DNA of 64,000 nt from Auanema rhodensis. Lineage: Eukaryota > Animalia > Nematoda. The notes beneath the pieces are model-generated. The model was not told where the DNA came from and searched no databases. It saw nothing but the letters and a program-made list of their open reading frames with translations. This document shows, in pieces, positions 33,427-48,700 of this stretch (position 1 is its first letter; each line of letters starts with the position of its first letter). Location: contig OZ059894.1 of the NCBI GenBank assembly GCA_964057225.1, positions 7,564,001 to 7,628,000 on the forward strand. The letters are read 5' to 3'. Both the position numbers and the translations under genes were made by a program.

Positions 33427-34244
33427 AAACTTTCACTGTTGTTCCTTCGTATTAATTTTTTAAAATATTTTCGAACAGAAGTGCATTGTGATTTAATAAA
33501 ATCGGTGACATTTTGTTATGAGGTGTTACAGAAATAGTTTTTCGTGAGAATGACCTTTCCTTTGTATCTTTAACTTCGGAGACAAGCAATCTCATTTAAG
33601 TAATATTTGTTTTGTATTCGAAAAAAAAAGATTTTTTAGAACAATCTATATTTTTTCATGAGTTGATTACAGTGTTGAGGCATACTGAAATTTTTTTAAT
33701 ATGTTACAGTTAGTTTTATCATAAGATGAGTCGGCTTATTTTACATCGTGATGTTTTAAGTGAATTCATCGTTCGTCAATTGATCATCAGTTAATTTTTT
33801 TTCTAAAAATTTCTTTTTTTTTCTGAAGTTTTTCGTGTTGTTTACTATGATATTGGCTGTTCAGCATTAGTCTAACTTTCTTTTATAAAAACAGTTCGTT
33901 CATTTGCTCATATTCTTTAAACTAAATTCATTGATAGATATTTCAGCAGTGTCTTCTGATTTATACTTTTCTCAACAATTGGATGTGATTATTTAAGTTT
34001 TTTTATAAAAAGCGCTTGTCTCCACTGGACTTTCTGCCACCCACTTTCCTTTGCTTCTCTCTGTGTCTGGCCTCGTATTCGTATTGTCGGTCGCTTTTCA
34101 ATCTGTTCGTCCGCTCCTCCTTCCTCTCTTCACCAGCATTGTGACTAGTTCTTCTACGTACAGCATCTGACAGAGTCATAGCTAGTAATTCTAATTGCTG
34201 TTCTACTAGACAATCTTATACCTTTGTCATCCATACGTTTTAAA

Positions 34245-36912
34245 ATGACCGTGTTTCAAGAAAAGCAGGTGAGTTGTCTCCTTTCGGACCTTTTTCAAAC
34301 TCCACCCTTCTCAGTCATACATAGACTATTTTTTCAACTTTTTCTCTTTTCGCATTCATAAATTGTTTCTTTTTCTTGTACTATTGTCTCATTTGATCAG
34401 CCTACAATCTTGGCAGGCTGTGCCAGAATCACTTCCGTTTCGCAAAAAAAAAATCAAATTTTTTTCCGTCCCAAACGAATTTTGACTAAATCTTTAATAT
34501 AAATATTCTTTTTCTTATTTTAATTTTTATATTTAAGTCTTTGATGGGGATTACTGCCAACAAACCTTCCGATGGATCTCAAAATAGCTTCCTTAACCGA
34601 ATTGATGTGTCTGACTGCCCTATCAAGTATTTCTTTTACTTTCATATTTTATTATGTTAAATTCGGAATTTCAACAAAAAAGTTTTTTTTAGATATAAAC
34701 TATATAAAGAACGATGGTTAATATTAGCTGTTTGTTGTTTTTTAGCTCTTTCTAATGCTATGGTATGAACAAAACTTTGTTTTATGTTATTATACTTATA
34801 TAATTCTTATATTTATCATAATTATTGATTCATTTCATTTTTTTTTTCAGCAATGGATTAGCTATACTACATTGACCGTTGAAACAAGAACTTTCTATTG
34901 TGAGGAGAATGTTGATTGTGAACCAGCTTTCACTACCAATCAGATTTTCCAGGTAAAAATTTGTGAATATAATGTAAATTCCGAGAATATTTCTGAATAT
35001 TTGAGAAATACATAGAAAAAGAAAAACTAGATTGAAATTTATTTTATATTGTCTGGTCAACTTATCTCTCTATATGATGAATTTATTTCGTTTAGCTTGT
35101 TGCCGTTATAACTGGGGTTGGTGGAATGTATATCACAGATGTATTTGGTATTCGGCTATCTGTAAGTTATGTTTTGATAAACTTCATTTTAACTGCTCAA
35201 TTCGGTATTTTTAATTTTATTCATAACTCAAATTTTCTCAGATATTGTGTGGAGTAACCTTCAACTCTATTGGTTCTCTGATTCGTTTGGCATCAGCTAG
35301 TCCCCATATCGTTAGCAGTTTTGTTCGTCTATCGCTACTTCATATTGGTTCGTTTATGTGTTTTTCATGGTTACATGTCATCTAAACTCACTAAAGCCTT
35401 TTGGAAATGTAACATAATTCTTTTTTTTTACGGCTTGCTGCTCTTTTTGTATTATAAAATTCAAAATGTAGCACCATCATTTTGCACTTAATTGGCATGG
35501 GAACAAGCAAATCAAAAGAAAATAATATTTGAATTCATTCTTTCAGGGCAATATCACAAGAAAAAAAACAAATTTTATTTATTATTGTTTAATCAAATGT
35601 TCACTACTTTGCGAAATTTCAGTAAATAATTTTAAAATAAAAATAAAAATATACTTTCAGGATCGACTGTTGTAGCTGTCGCACAAGCATTTTTCCTTGT
35701 ATTGCCTTCGAAAATTGCGGAATGCTGGTTTCCTGAAGATCAGAGAGCGATCTCAAATGTTTTGACGTTTATTGGTATTTAAACTAGAAATAATATCTTT
35801 CTACTTTTTATCTTGTTTCAGCTAATCCGGCTGGAGTAGCTTTGGGTACTTTAACACCTCAACTTTTCTTTGATGTTGAGAACAAGACGGATAGTTCATT
35901 CTCACGGCAATCGTACCAGCTATTCCATTATGTAATTTCGTTTCTTTTTCGTAATTGTAGGGACCGAACATTTTTTTCAACTTTTAGGATTCTATTATGG
36001 CTACATTAACAACAGCAACTTTTGTCATTGCTATATTCATTCGTCGTAGTTTACCCCCAACTCCACCGAGTCCCGCCAATCAAGATCACGCTTCGGGAGC
36101 CCCTCCTTTCTGGCCTGCTATCGTAATCTGTCTGAGGTAACCAAGTTTTAACGAAGACTCACAAGTATAATTATATGATTCAGAAACAAACAATTTGTCG
36201 TTCAACTCTTCACTTTTGCACTTGGATTTGCACAACTTTGGGGTGTTATGGTAGTTTTTCCTGACATTCTGGATTCCATAGGATATTCAATATCCGGGTG
36301 AGTAATATTCTGAACATACATCATTATTGAATAGTATTCAATATTAATGATTACTTTGCAGCTATGCTACAGCAACTTGTGCTATCGTTGGTGTTATAAC
36401 TTCCATTATAGCTGGTACTATAGCTGATAAAACTAAACGATTTAAGGAAATTGTCCAATTTTGTAGTGTTGGATTCTTCCTCACTGCTGTCCTTACGCGT
36501 GGTGTAAGTCGTCAATTTTTTATTTTTTTACTGTATTTCTCATTTTTTATTTTATCATTTTCTTATTTCTTCAAATTTGTTTAATAATTCTTTTCATTCT
36601 TCTTATGTATTGTTGAAACATTTTCAACAACTGTTTAGAATGTATCAAAAGTTTTTAAAAAATGAAAAAACATAAATGAATGAGCATTATAACTGAATCA
36701 TTGGTTTTACATTTTTTAGTTTTTGGAAAAGAAACGTCAAGGAGTTTGGGATGACATCTCAATCTTGCTCTTGAGTTCATTGCTTGGAGCATTTTCGATT
36801 CCTCAGTTTCCTATTGGTATTGAGATGGGTGTAGAGACGACGTTCCCTGTCTTTGAAGCTACCTCATCCGGCCTTTTGGTATTGTCCGGGTAGGTATCTT
36901 TAAAATTTAAAA

Positions 36913-36972
<60 letters not shown>

Positions 36973-37628
36973 GGTTAATGTAATAGGATTGGATAAAAGT
37001 TTTTTCTATGAAAACATCTCTTGAGAACAAATCTAACGCATGTTCATATCTATGTAGAATTGAACTTTAAAAAATATAATCAATCAAGAATTTTCTCATA
37101 ATGTTTTATTTTTTTTTGCAGTCAATTATGGATGTTTATCCTTTATGCACTTTTTATGTTTGCTGGTGGTCTTCCACTCTTTTACGGAACAGTGAGAAAT
37201 ATTGAATCCATAGGAAATTGGCAATGTAAATACTAAAACGACGAAGAAAAGGAAGACTATGATGATCAAGAAGAAAAAATATTCGTCTGTTTATAAGCGA
37301 ATTTTTTCCCTTTTTTTCTGAATATTCTTCCTCACTTTTTCTTCGCCTTCTGCTAAAGAGTTTTCCTTTTTTTTTGCAGTGATTTTGGATATTTGGTGTG
37401 TGCTATGCTTCGTCACAGCCACCTTGACGCTTTTCTGTTTACAGCCAACGTTTGTTTGAAACTTTTGCTTTTTAAAATCATTTTCAAGCATTGTTATATT
37501 TCAGATATAAAAGGCTGATTTACGAGAAAAATCAGACAAAATATCAGAATTCATTACATTCTAGTCAACGGCCTTCACTCGACCAGCAGCAGCAGCAACC
37601 AGAGCAGGAGAAAGATGTTGAGAAATAG
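34245..37628 (+). CDS. Multi-exon MFS transporter, SLC49 / FLVCR / MFSD7-DIRC2 family
   Basis: Spliced translation gives YKLYKERWLILAVCCFLALSNAMQW, ITDVFGIR, AQAFFLVLPSKIAECWFPEDQRAISN...ANPAGVALG, PPTPPS, YKRL. ATG 34245 with GTGAGT donor at 34269; stop TAG at 37626-37628. Confidence 0.88.
36915..36971. repeat. (AT)n microsatellite, intronic
   Basis: Pure AT run. Confidence 0.95.
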
Positions 37629-38737
37629 TGAAAAGCCTCTTCTCATCTTATTTTTCAACGAACTAATAATTTTTTCATTCTAACAAACTATTTCTTTTGT
37701 GATTGTGTCTTAATTCAAGCATTCAAGTCAAACAAGTCGTCTCATATTTAGTTTCAACATTGAGAATACAACTCTTCTTCTTTCTTCAATAATGTCTTCA
37801 TATTTCCACTTTAATCATTTGTACTACTGTGTATACATTCTATTGTCTTCTTTTTTCACCTCAAAATTTTATTTTCAAATGGATTTTTATGAAAAACGCT
37901 GAACTATATCAGTCGTAGTACGTTTTCTTGTTCTTGTATTTAAAAAAAAGAAAAAAATATATAACTATAAAATGAAGTAAAAGAGTTCGTTATATGATGA
38001 AACTGATTATGAGCAGAGCTTACTCATTTATTTGTTATATCCTTTTTTCTTCTTTTTTTTTCAAAAAGAAAATTGACATATTCAATTAAGACATAAAATT
38101 ATTCTATTGTTGGTGCATGTTTATTAGAAATATAGGTGCAATAACAAATAATAAATGTTACAAATTTTTTTTGTAATCATTTTTTCTTTTCTGCTTGTTT
38201 ATGAAACAAAAAAAAAGAGGCGTAACTTTGTATCACAGAAGATATGATTTCCTGTATATGTCTTTGGGTATGAAGCATGTGAACGTGGATGGCATGACTT
38301 CTGAAGAGGATTTTTTCGGACTTATTTGTTAAACATCTGATGAACAAATATAATTTCGAAAAATACAATTAAGTGGAAGTGATGATTGAATGTAACAATG
38401 AATCGAAAATTATTTTCATAATTGAAGAGTTGTTAAGCTATGAGATGGTATGTAATTGGAAGCTGAAAAAACGAAGTTATGTAATGAGTGCACAACACAT
38501 GAGTATCAGAACAATAAAATAAGGAGAAACACTGTTGAGGATGAATGCGAAATTCCCGGAAAACCAGCCGAAGTTATTGGATATATACTGAGCTGTTGCT
38601 GTTAAATGATAAAAACAGCAAACGAAAGATTTTGTTATCAGTTATATACATAAACACACACCTATATACACATACATTGACGTGTGGGTACGTGTGTCTG
38701 TATTATTAAAAGAAAATTGAAGTAATCAGACAATTTC

Positions 38738-39075
38738 TCAGACGTCTTCATACGATGACATGAGAGGTGTGGTTGCACTGGTATAAGTTGAATTATTGTT
38801 TGGCACTTCATCGACAGGTTGTGGTGAATCTGAGAATAAAAATATTGATAAGTAAATAAATATATGTATAGTTAGAATAATTTGAATACAAACTTAGAAA
38901 CTATTAAAATGACTTACCAGATTTTTTCAGATGCACAGAATTGTGATAGCCGTTTGAAGATATATTGATTCTAGGGATGCTGGAACTTGTCGGCATTAAT
39001 GGTTCCCGATGTGATTGCGAATGATCGAGTACAGGAGCCTGAACCTACATTGAATTACATTTATAAAAAAAAATA

Positions 39076-39137
<62 letters not shown>

Positions 39138-39701
39138 GGTTTACAATTAATTTTAAACATTTGAGAAGAGAAATATGCAATGATAATTATATAAGTTGTT
39201 GATATACCTGTGTTTGTAGCAAGGAGTTATTAGATGTAACTGGCTGAAGAGCTGATGCTGTGCTGTGGCAACATGAGCTGTTATGAGCAACATTATTTTG
39301 AATGCTGAGTGTAGTCTAAAAAAGAGAAAAAAAATTAATAAATTCTCCAAAAAACTTTGTATTCAATTTAGAATGACTTCTCTTTTACTATTATTTCGTT
39401 GCAGAATTTTTCTTTTCTTTTTTTTTTTGCAAAAAAACCAAATTTGTATGAAAAGGGTTAATAGATAGTTTGTGATCTTTCTAATTTGTGCAACGAAAAA
39501 ATTGAATGCAACCGGTCTGTACAAGCTGATTTAATCAAAATGAGTTCGTCATTACACGTGACATGCGCGTGATTTCATACTATGATCAAGTAAATGTTCA
39601 TTTTTTGATCAGAAAAAGGGGAATGTCATGTATTAAGTTTACAACTTGCAAAATAAATTCAAAATAATAAAATTATATTGGAAAACTAAAGTGTACTAGA
39701 T

Positions 39702-39732
<31 letters not shown>

Positions 39733-42700
39733 GTTGTATAATCTTCACCTGCAATTCAACAATTTTCTGTGTTAGCATATCAATTTGTGATATAAAATGA
39801 TCTTGGGTTCTGTGCATTTCCCATAATGTTTCATGCATATCCGAATGTAACTAAAATGAAAGTATAGAGAAATGAAATAAATTTGCTGCAATTACCTTGC
39901 CAACATCTAATAATGAATTTCCTTTTTCCTGCAACTTTCGCTGATCCCATTTGATTCGTCGAAATTCATTTATGGAATGCAAGAAACGTCGTTGATGATG
40001 ACGCAGACGTAGATCATCTCCCTTTTGTAATCCCTTTTTGTATTTATGAATAAACCTACAATTTTTGTGAATCAAAATAAAATAATTCCAATTTATTGTT
40101 CATGTTCTCACCATGTCTGTTGCAAAACCGATGCAGCAGCATTTTTTCTTTGATTTGTAAGCTTAGAGTCAGCCATAAAATTGTTCACATGCTTCTCAGC
40201 TCTACTCAATTCGAGCTTACGAGAGATGACAGCAATCAAAGCTGATGATACTCCAGCACCCTAAAATTGAAAAGTTTTCTTATCCTTTTCCTCTGATTGT
40301 AAGTATATTTCATTTTAAAAAAATATATATACTATGCATATTATAAGATATGATTTTATATTTGTATATATGTATATGTAACTCTAAATTAACTAAAAGT
40401 ATTCAATAATAAATATTCGACAATTTTAAAATTGAGATTATCTATTCATATAATATAAAATTAAATTAATTATAGTAGTACGTGGGATAGAATTATAGAA
40501 TAAATTTCATGCAATTATGCTACTTTTAAACTTTTTTTAAACTGATTTATCTTGCAGATTATAATGAAAAACATACGACTATTCCAGTTGTTATTGATAA
40601 TGTTCGTCCACAGTATGTATTTGGTACAATATCTCCATATCCAATAGACATGAATGTTACCATGATGAACCACATGGAATTCAGATAATAGTGTTGAACA
40701 TCTAGATTTCCATCATATCTGAAAATTTAAACAAAATAAGTTTGATTTCGATTAGCAAATTCTCAAAGGGTACTAGTCATACCGTTCGCATTGTGTAAAC
40801 ATCCATGACATACATATCCAATAAGAAACTGTGAAAACTATTAAAACTCTAAGAGGATGATCAGCCATCATTGTCTAAAAAAAATTTCCATTCTGTGCTT
40901 AAGCTTCATTTTTCAGAATTACCTTTATCACAAAACGAAAATCCATAGAAATTCTATTAAGAGCTGCGATTGATCTGGTGGCTGCATCCTGAAAAGAATA
41001 ACGATAAACAACAAAAACCAAAATAGAAAACGATAATCGTCTTGTGTAGATAACAATATTCTTTGAATTTCAAACTTGAAAACTAGTTTTACCTGGAATT
41101 GCTTACTATGAAGAACCATAAATCGGCATAAAAGATAAGATCTTAAGAACATAGGTACAGATAGTAAGACATCAACGGGAACCTAAATATGACGAATTCT
41201 AAATTCAATAGCTAAAATACTAATCAACATACCAATATCATTTTAACTTGTCGAGTATCTGAGTTAATATAAGGCCATCGTATTGAACCAGAGCCTAAAA
41301 AACTTGATCATTATAACCCTTCCTCTACTAATGAATTCTTTTAAACATATAATTATGCATATAGTTAGCTAAATTATATTAATATGTCTGAAATCTAACC
41401 TGGAAAAGGACATATTGCACATATAGCTAATTCCAAAGAAAGCTTAATAACCCGGTCCATACTGAGTGCCACCCGCCAATCATCAGCACCGGAGTCTATC
41501 AGTGCTAGTTTCACCTGAAAAAAATAATATAAATTATTTTTGATAAAATAAATCTGTAGATTCGTTTTTTTTTTTTGAAAAAAAAAGGATAGATATACGT
41601 TTTATCTGATTGTATTTTGTGTTAGTAATATTTTATTCTTTGGAGGCAGAAAAGAAAACAGATAAACAACTGTCTGTCTTCTTTGAAATTGTTTGAACAA
41701 TTTAATGGAAGAAAAGATAAAAATTTTGAATATATATTATATATTCGACATATTGAATTACATAATAAACGAACCTCAATTGAATGATAGTGAATGAGAC
41801 ACCCCATGAGACATAATGTAGTAAAAACACAAAGAGATCTTAGACCTATTGAGATCATATGGGACTGTAAATTGAGAAAAATTAATTTAGTTTTTCTAAT
41901 CAATTGATTTACCTTTGCAACGTGACTAGAATCAGATAATGCGGTAAGCTCTGAATCAATTATGACAAATATAAGACCAGCTATAGCCAGAACGAGGGAT
42001 AGATCGCACACCTAAAGTTAAGACACATATTTTTCATTTTTCAAATTCAACTTGATAAGGTTTCTTACCTTGTTTCGGCGGATGAATAACTGTTTTCGCT
42101 GTCTACAGCGCATTTTTGCAGTGCTTTCACTATAATAGTTAGAAGTTAGAATAAGAAAAACTGAAGATTTTGCTTTATGAATTGAAACTATTGAAAATTT
42201 TCTGTTTATAATTTTTGGTTTTTAACTTAAATTGAAAACTCTGATCTGCTATACCCATACACCTGACTAGCAGTAGTTAAAATGTTATATTATAATCGTT
42301 TAATTATCTAACTGATTGGATTTTAATCACATCCTTCAAAACCGGAAATAAATTTGCCTACGCTATGTGCATGATAAAGTTTCGAGTTTATAACCCATGA
42401 AGCTTGATATATTTTACATGATGAAATTTATAACTGCATAATTGAAATGTAAAGTAGAAAAATCTAATGAAAACAGAAGGGATAAGTGATAAAAGCCGAT
42501 AAATTCGTAAATGAGTTGACAAGGAATAGATTTGGATTTCCTATGCATATAGTGAGATTATGTCCATGATTATGATCAAAGTGTTACTATTTGCATGATG
42601 AGAATACAAAGTCATACAAATACAAAAATATTTTGAAACTTTTCTGTATGGAAAAGCAAAAAAAAACTCTTTGCTGCTGAATGGAAAATCAAAGTTTTCT

Positions 42701-45700
42701 TATACAAAATAGCTTTTTTTTTGCTTTTACTCTGTGTGTGATTTTTGGTTTATACCTAACGAAAAATAAGTTGGAATCCTCTCCATTCTCGAATCGGAAT
42801 AGACGAATCACAAAGCTCTTGTGGAACATGGATTCCAATATGATTCAACCACCGGATTGGGGCCAGAGTATAGATAGTGAATGATCATATAGTGCTTATA
42901 GAAGCTTTGCTGAACGCAGATGTCATGAACGTTTGACACTACTACCAACTTTGACTAAGATGCTGTCCAGACGAGAAAGACTGGACAATTGGTATCGAAT
43001 GAGATAGCGATGATTTGAGCGATTAATAATAACCACGGTACGACAAGGGAAACGTGGCAGCTCGTCGTTATCGTTTGAAGGCGGGCGTCAGAATTAAGCT
43101 TGAATAGGCAGAGAGGCAAAGCGCAAAGACATGATAGAAGTAGAGACAAAAAGAGATTGAGAGAGAGAAAGGTGATAATAAAAGATATATAGAATGAAAG
43201 AAAGAAATACGAATAACTACAAGATATCAGAGAAAAATAGTATGAGGATATAGCAAATGCTGTACATGTCTACATATATATGTTTTCTTTTTCTTATATT
43301 TAAGAAAAATATTGGAAGAAAAGTGGAGAGTTAATATGAAAGCTATACACGCAGATATCAGTATTCAAAAAAAAAAGGTTGAACATAGAATTGAACACGG
43401 TAAAGCAATAACAAAAAAGAGCTAGACAGCGAAAATTCGTTTAATAATGATTTTCAGAAAAAGAACCTGGAAGAATTATGGGAATTTTCTATGTTAATTG
43501 CCTCACGAATGAAAATGAAAAGAAAAAAGCTTTTTGTACACCTCAAGCAGGTATGATCTGATGATCTTTTGGAAAATAGTTCAAAATTATGGATATAATA
43601 TAATAAAAATATTCAATAGATAACAACCGTTCAATATTTTTTCAAAAATGAAATGAAGTTATGTAGATTCAAATTTTTCTAAACTACGTGTAATCACGTG
43701 AATTCACGTTAAACACATTTTTCAATAAAAAAATGAAACATAATTTTTTATTCTCTGAAAAGTATAAAAGGTTTTTGAACGCTTTCACAATATCAAGCTT
43801 CAACCTAATATATCTATACATACTATATCATATGGTGCGTATAATATGTAGACAATGTTTACATACGTATTCTACATGTATCTCTAAATTTTTCGTTAAA
43901 AAATCTTTAAAACATAAAATTTCTTTTGACATTAATATGATTTAACCTTTTTTTTCGATCAATAATAAACAGACTATCTGACCAGAATAAATAAAAAAAG
44001 AAGTAAATTTGTTATCTTTTATTTTGGATAGAAAAATAAAAAATGTAGTGTAATGCGTAATCTTATTACTGTTTTCGGATAAGATTGTAATAAGCGAGTA
44101 GCATTAAATCATATTTTCCTCCTGATGTGATATGTTATAATGAATTTGTTTTGAAATGCATATATCATGTATGTGTACATATATAATCATATTTTTAGTT
44201 AATTTTCAAATGTTATATACTATACTATATATAATATGTTATAAGTTATATATAAATATATTTATATGGTTTTATAGTGATTTAAAAAGTAAATAAATAA
44301 ATACTTTAAAAGTAGATATACATTGGAAATTCAATTTTTTAAAAAAACTTTAAGATAGTATCTGATTCATTATATCTGATTAAATTGATTGTTTAATAAT
44401 TATTAATAATCTCATTCTTAATTGAAGTTTAAAACAAAATTACAATTAAATAGTTTCTCATAAGTTGAAGGTGTCAAAAGTTAAAAAACTCACGCATATT
44501 GTTGAAGTTTTGAATCAAAATAACCAAATATCTGATCTATGAAAATCATTTATTGAGTTATATGATGATTTGTTGTGGACTATTTAATGAATTCTTAAAC
44601 TACAAAACTGCAAATGTAGTCAGAAAGCTTATTTTTCATTGACGATTACGAACGAGAGAGATTAGGAATCATGAGAAGTAAGAGAAGAATAAATTGAGAA
44701 AGTCAATTGAGAGAGAAAAGAAAAATAATGAATAATAGCTTATTTCAGTTGGATTGTTTTAAAGATTAGTTATTGAAATATAAGGACGTTGACCAGATAT
44801 GTGATCTGGTCAGCCATTGGCTATTTGTCAAAACGAGAAAAAAGAAAAAAAACAATTTATTACTCACTTATTGAATAAAATTAAAGAATATATTATTATT
44901 TTCATAATATTCACTCATGAAATTACGAATTACTATTAGAAATTTGAGATTTATCAGTAGCGAAATCGAGTGAAATAGAAAATATCAGAGAAAATTATGT
45001 ATAAAAATGTTTTTTTTTGTGAAACGCTATTCGAAATTTTTTGAAATAAAACGAAACAGTCAGGTTTTTCAAATTTGTGTAAGTATAAGCATGTTTCTTT
45101 ACGTATGTATAAGAGAAACGATGAAACATCGTTTGGTGAAGAAAGGTATTCCGAATCGTTTAATAGTTTTAGAAGAGCTCAGCAGGAGCATCTTATAACT
45201 TAGAAATGGAACATAGATAAATTTTTATTTAAAGGAGAGAAAGAGCAAGAAATGACATATCTTGAAGGTTGTAGCTTGTAGTAAATAAACCATTTTCTAT
45301 ATTATAACTCAGTATTATTTAATGAACTACATATGAATATTTTTCCCAGGCAAATGAACCTAACAATCAGGAGGTGTGAAATGATATTAAGACTAAATCT
45401 CATAACTTGACCATATACAATATAGTTAAGTATGTGTCATTTGCTTCTAAGAATTATAAATAGTGTCATGGGATACCTTACTCAAAATTTTTCAAATAGA
45501 AAATTTATTATAAATAACTGAATATAATTAATACTATTTTTAATAAACCAAATTTCATAAATATTATTCTTTAAATATATATATATATATATATTTATAT
45601 GTGTGAATTTATCATTTTCATAAATTTTAAGTTGATAAATTAGTCGAAAGAGGTATAGAAAGACTTGAAAAAATCCAGAGAGAAAGAGAGAAAGAGAGAA

Positions 45701-48700
45701 AAGTTATTTTTAAGCTGATTAATTATTTAAGTTTTATAATTAATATTTACCTGTACCATTCCTCGAAAAATGGTGAAAAACTGGCGTTAACCAAATTTTT
45801 CAGAGCTACATACGGCATGTGACGTCTCGAAGATAGACGAAATAAGTAAAACATTTTGAAAAGTATGGCAGTATGATGGTTAGCGACTTTACTATCAACT
45901 TGAGTCAGCGTCGTCGAACATCATTTTTGGCTTTGCCGACGTCCTGCCTTTCTCCTTGTCTTTAGTTAGTTCTCCCATGTGGGCATTATCTCTTTACAAA
46001 CATATCCATATAGCAAAGTTAACTTTCGAATTGTTTTTCTATTGCTTCCTAATGAAACTGATCACTATTTTTGCTTTTGGTCTTCTCATCGTCTCGATCT
46101 CTCCGTATTTCTTGATCCATTCCTACTTCGGTTGGCAGAATAGTTGTATGGATATCGGATGACATAACAAATCGCATGTGAATCTTCTGTGCTTAGGAAT
46201 CAATGTCATATGATCAAGACGAAACAATTGATGGGAAAATGTGTAATTGATAGCTAAGTACTTTCAAATGGCCATTCTATATACTATATACTTGTGCAAT
46301 TATGTATATATAGTATATTTAATAATAAATTTATATAAATATACATCCGTATTCATCTATGTATATGATGTCAATGCTCATACTCTGGAACGTGTGTGTC
46401 TGAGATGTAACACTTTGTTCCTGTTTCAAAATTTTTGAGAAAATTTTTTTTCATATTTTTCATTTTAAATAGTATATTTACATATTTTGTCATTTAATGC
46501 ATTAAAATTAACATAATTTATTCTGATAAATGTGACTTAAAGTGACCTTTTATTGTTTTATGTAGCTAGATTGAACTAACTTTAGAAGCTATTAAGTCTG
46601 ATAATGAGAGCAAGCTACATATCAGCTCAAATGAATATCTACATATTGAACTTCTAACAAAAGTTATGTGTATAGTTAAATAAAATATTTTTCATATACT
46701 GGTAGTCTACGTGATTATTCAAAAATATATAAGATAAGTTTTAAAAAGCCATAAAGATTAATGAAAATTCTGTAAATGAATCATGTACGTACAAGATTGT
46801 TTTTTTTTCAGAAACACCAAAGAGCTCTTTTTATAATGATAAAATAAAAGCATCGAATTTGGTTTTTTTCGTTTAAAACAAACAAATTTTCCATTTATTA
46901 TAATAGGGCCTCATATTTATATTCATATGCTCAATTGAAATTGCAATTTTCTCTCATTTAAAGGTTTTTACCTTTTGTTGACTTTTAAAAATATATTTTC
47001 ACAAATGAAATATGAGATAGAAGTTTCAACTTGAACTTAATCATCTGAACGTTATATATTATTAAGGCTGTTAACGTTTGTCGAATTAGAAAGACAATAT
47101 ACATTCAAATGTGTAGATGTATGAAAGCCTGACCTCAAGTGCAATAACGCCATTAACGATTGATGACATTTTTTGTTTTTTTTTGTTTCATTGTTTAAAA
47201 CTTTAAAACTTGTCAAGAAAACTATTTTGTGACTGTGTAAAACAAAAAATAAACAACAAAATAGTTATGTTCCTTGGGGGCTTAATACTTGAATTTTCAA
47301 ACATATTGCTACATTTACATCTATATATGTACATATGTGCTTATTCAAAATGTGACAGAACCATCAAACAGATTCAAAATATAATTTTAAGAATGAGTTA
47401 CTATTTTTTTTGTGTTCAAGTCAAGGAAAAGATACTTCTGAAAATGAAAATAAAAGCTTTTTTTCGTAGTTTTCTTCAACAACACGATAAACAGAAAATT
47501 TCCAATTTTCGTTGAAGAGATAATGTTCTTTAGAACTATGTTCAAAAGTAAAAATAAACCAACCTGGATATACTGTATCCGTAACCACTTTGACGTCGTC
47601 TGATTACTCGTGCCGAATTCTCACAACGATTTTTCGGCTCATCACTGACATTTGCATCAAACCGTACACCACCATTCACATAACGTTCATCTGAATCAAC
47701 AAAAAAAAGTAAAATTATAGAATTAATTGTAGAGTTTTTGGACAAATTTTCAAAAATTTCCCATTAGTTATTTTTTTCTTCATTCAACTAATTTCTGATT
47801 GTATTCTTAATAATAATACAATAAAATATTGTTTGTTGTTATTAAACAAGCAAACTGTGATGAAAATAGATAAAATCAAAAATTAATTTGATATTATCAA
47901 AAATATAATTAAAAGTTTCTTGTAAATACACATATAATGTAATTAAAGTTTTGGTGGTGACAGGATTATATTTCGAGCTTACACAGATCAATCAGACGCT
48001 ATAAAAATCTCTAACATTGATATTCGACACCGTATTTTTCTGGACTTCTTTTTTTATTTATTTCTTTGGTAACCGAGAGCAAGAGAGATGTGATCTTTGC
48101 AGTTTCAAAAGAAAAAGAACTTTTTTTCATCAGCGAAATCAAAAATCTTCCTTCTTTGTTGAAGCTGAAGCATCACGAAATTTTGGATATCATGTCTTAT
48201 CTCTATATTTAGAATCAAGTTGTATTGTCATAGTAAAGCTAAGCTGTATAGAGGCTTCTGTATTAAAATGTATTTATGTATAACTTTATGTATATTGTTG
48301 TATGTATTTTTATCTGAACATTTCTATTACTTTTACACGTGTCTATGAGCATCTCATGTTTATGTTTTCCGTTGAAAAAAGATAAATAACTCAACGGGCA
48401 AGTTCCAGAAAAAATGCCAACGGCTAGAATTTCTTGAGAAAAAACTGCATTGTTCCTTCATGTTTCTCTTCCACTTTGATGTGAGTGTGTGAGACATCAG
48501 GCGTCAAACAAAATAAATTCCTTCAGGACCATGTTCTGGCAGGCTTTTTGCAGAAAATGCCCAGTGGGAAAAGCCCACCACCATCTACAGATCTTTAGGA
48601 GATGAACTCTAAGTCGTTATGACAAAAAAAATTAAGAAAAAGGAAGAATATTTGAATGCAATCGGCTATATCCCTAAGTATGTAGCCATAATAAGCATTT

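Larger units (their letters stand above)
1..33433 (+). repeat. Tandem array of 253-bp units, each containing one tRNA-Pro(TGG) gene; interrupted by two LTR elements; continues beyond the left edge
   Basis: tRNA starts recur exactly every 253 bp (102, 355, ...; 4999, ...; 19187 to 33355). Unique sequence begins at about 33434. Confidence 0.98.

Noticed and set aside
1-33433. CRISPR-like regular repeat
   Set aside because: Spacers are near-identical rather than unique, the repeat is a tRNA gene, there are no cas genes, and the context is eukaryotic.
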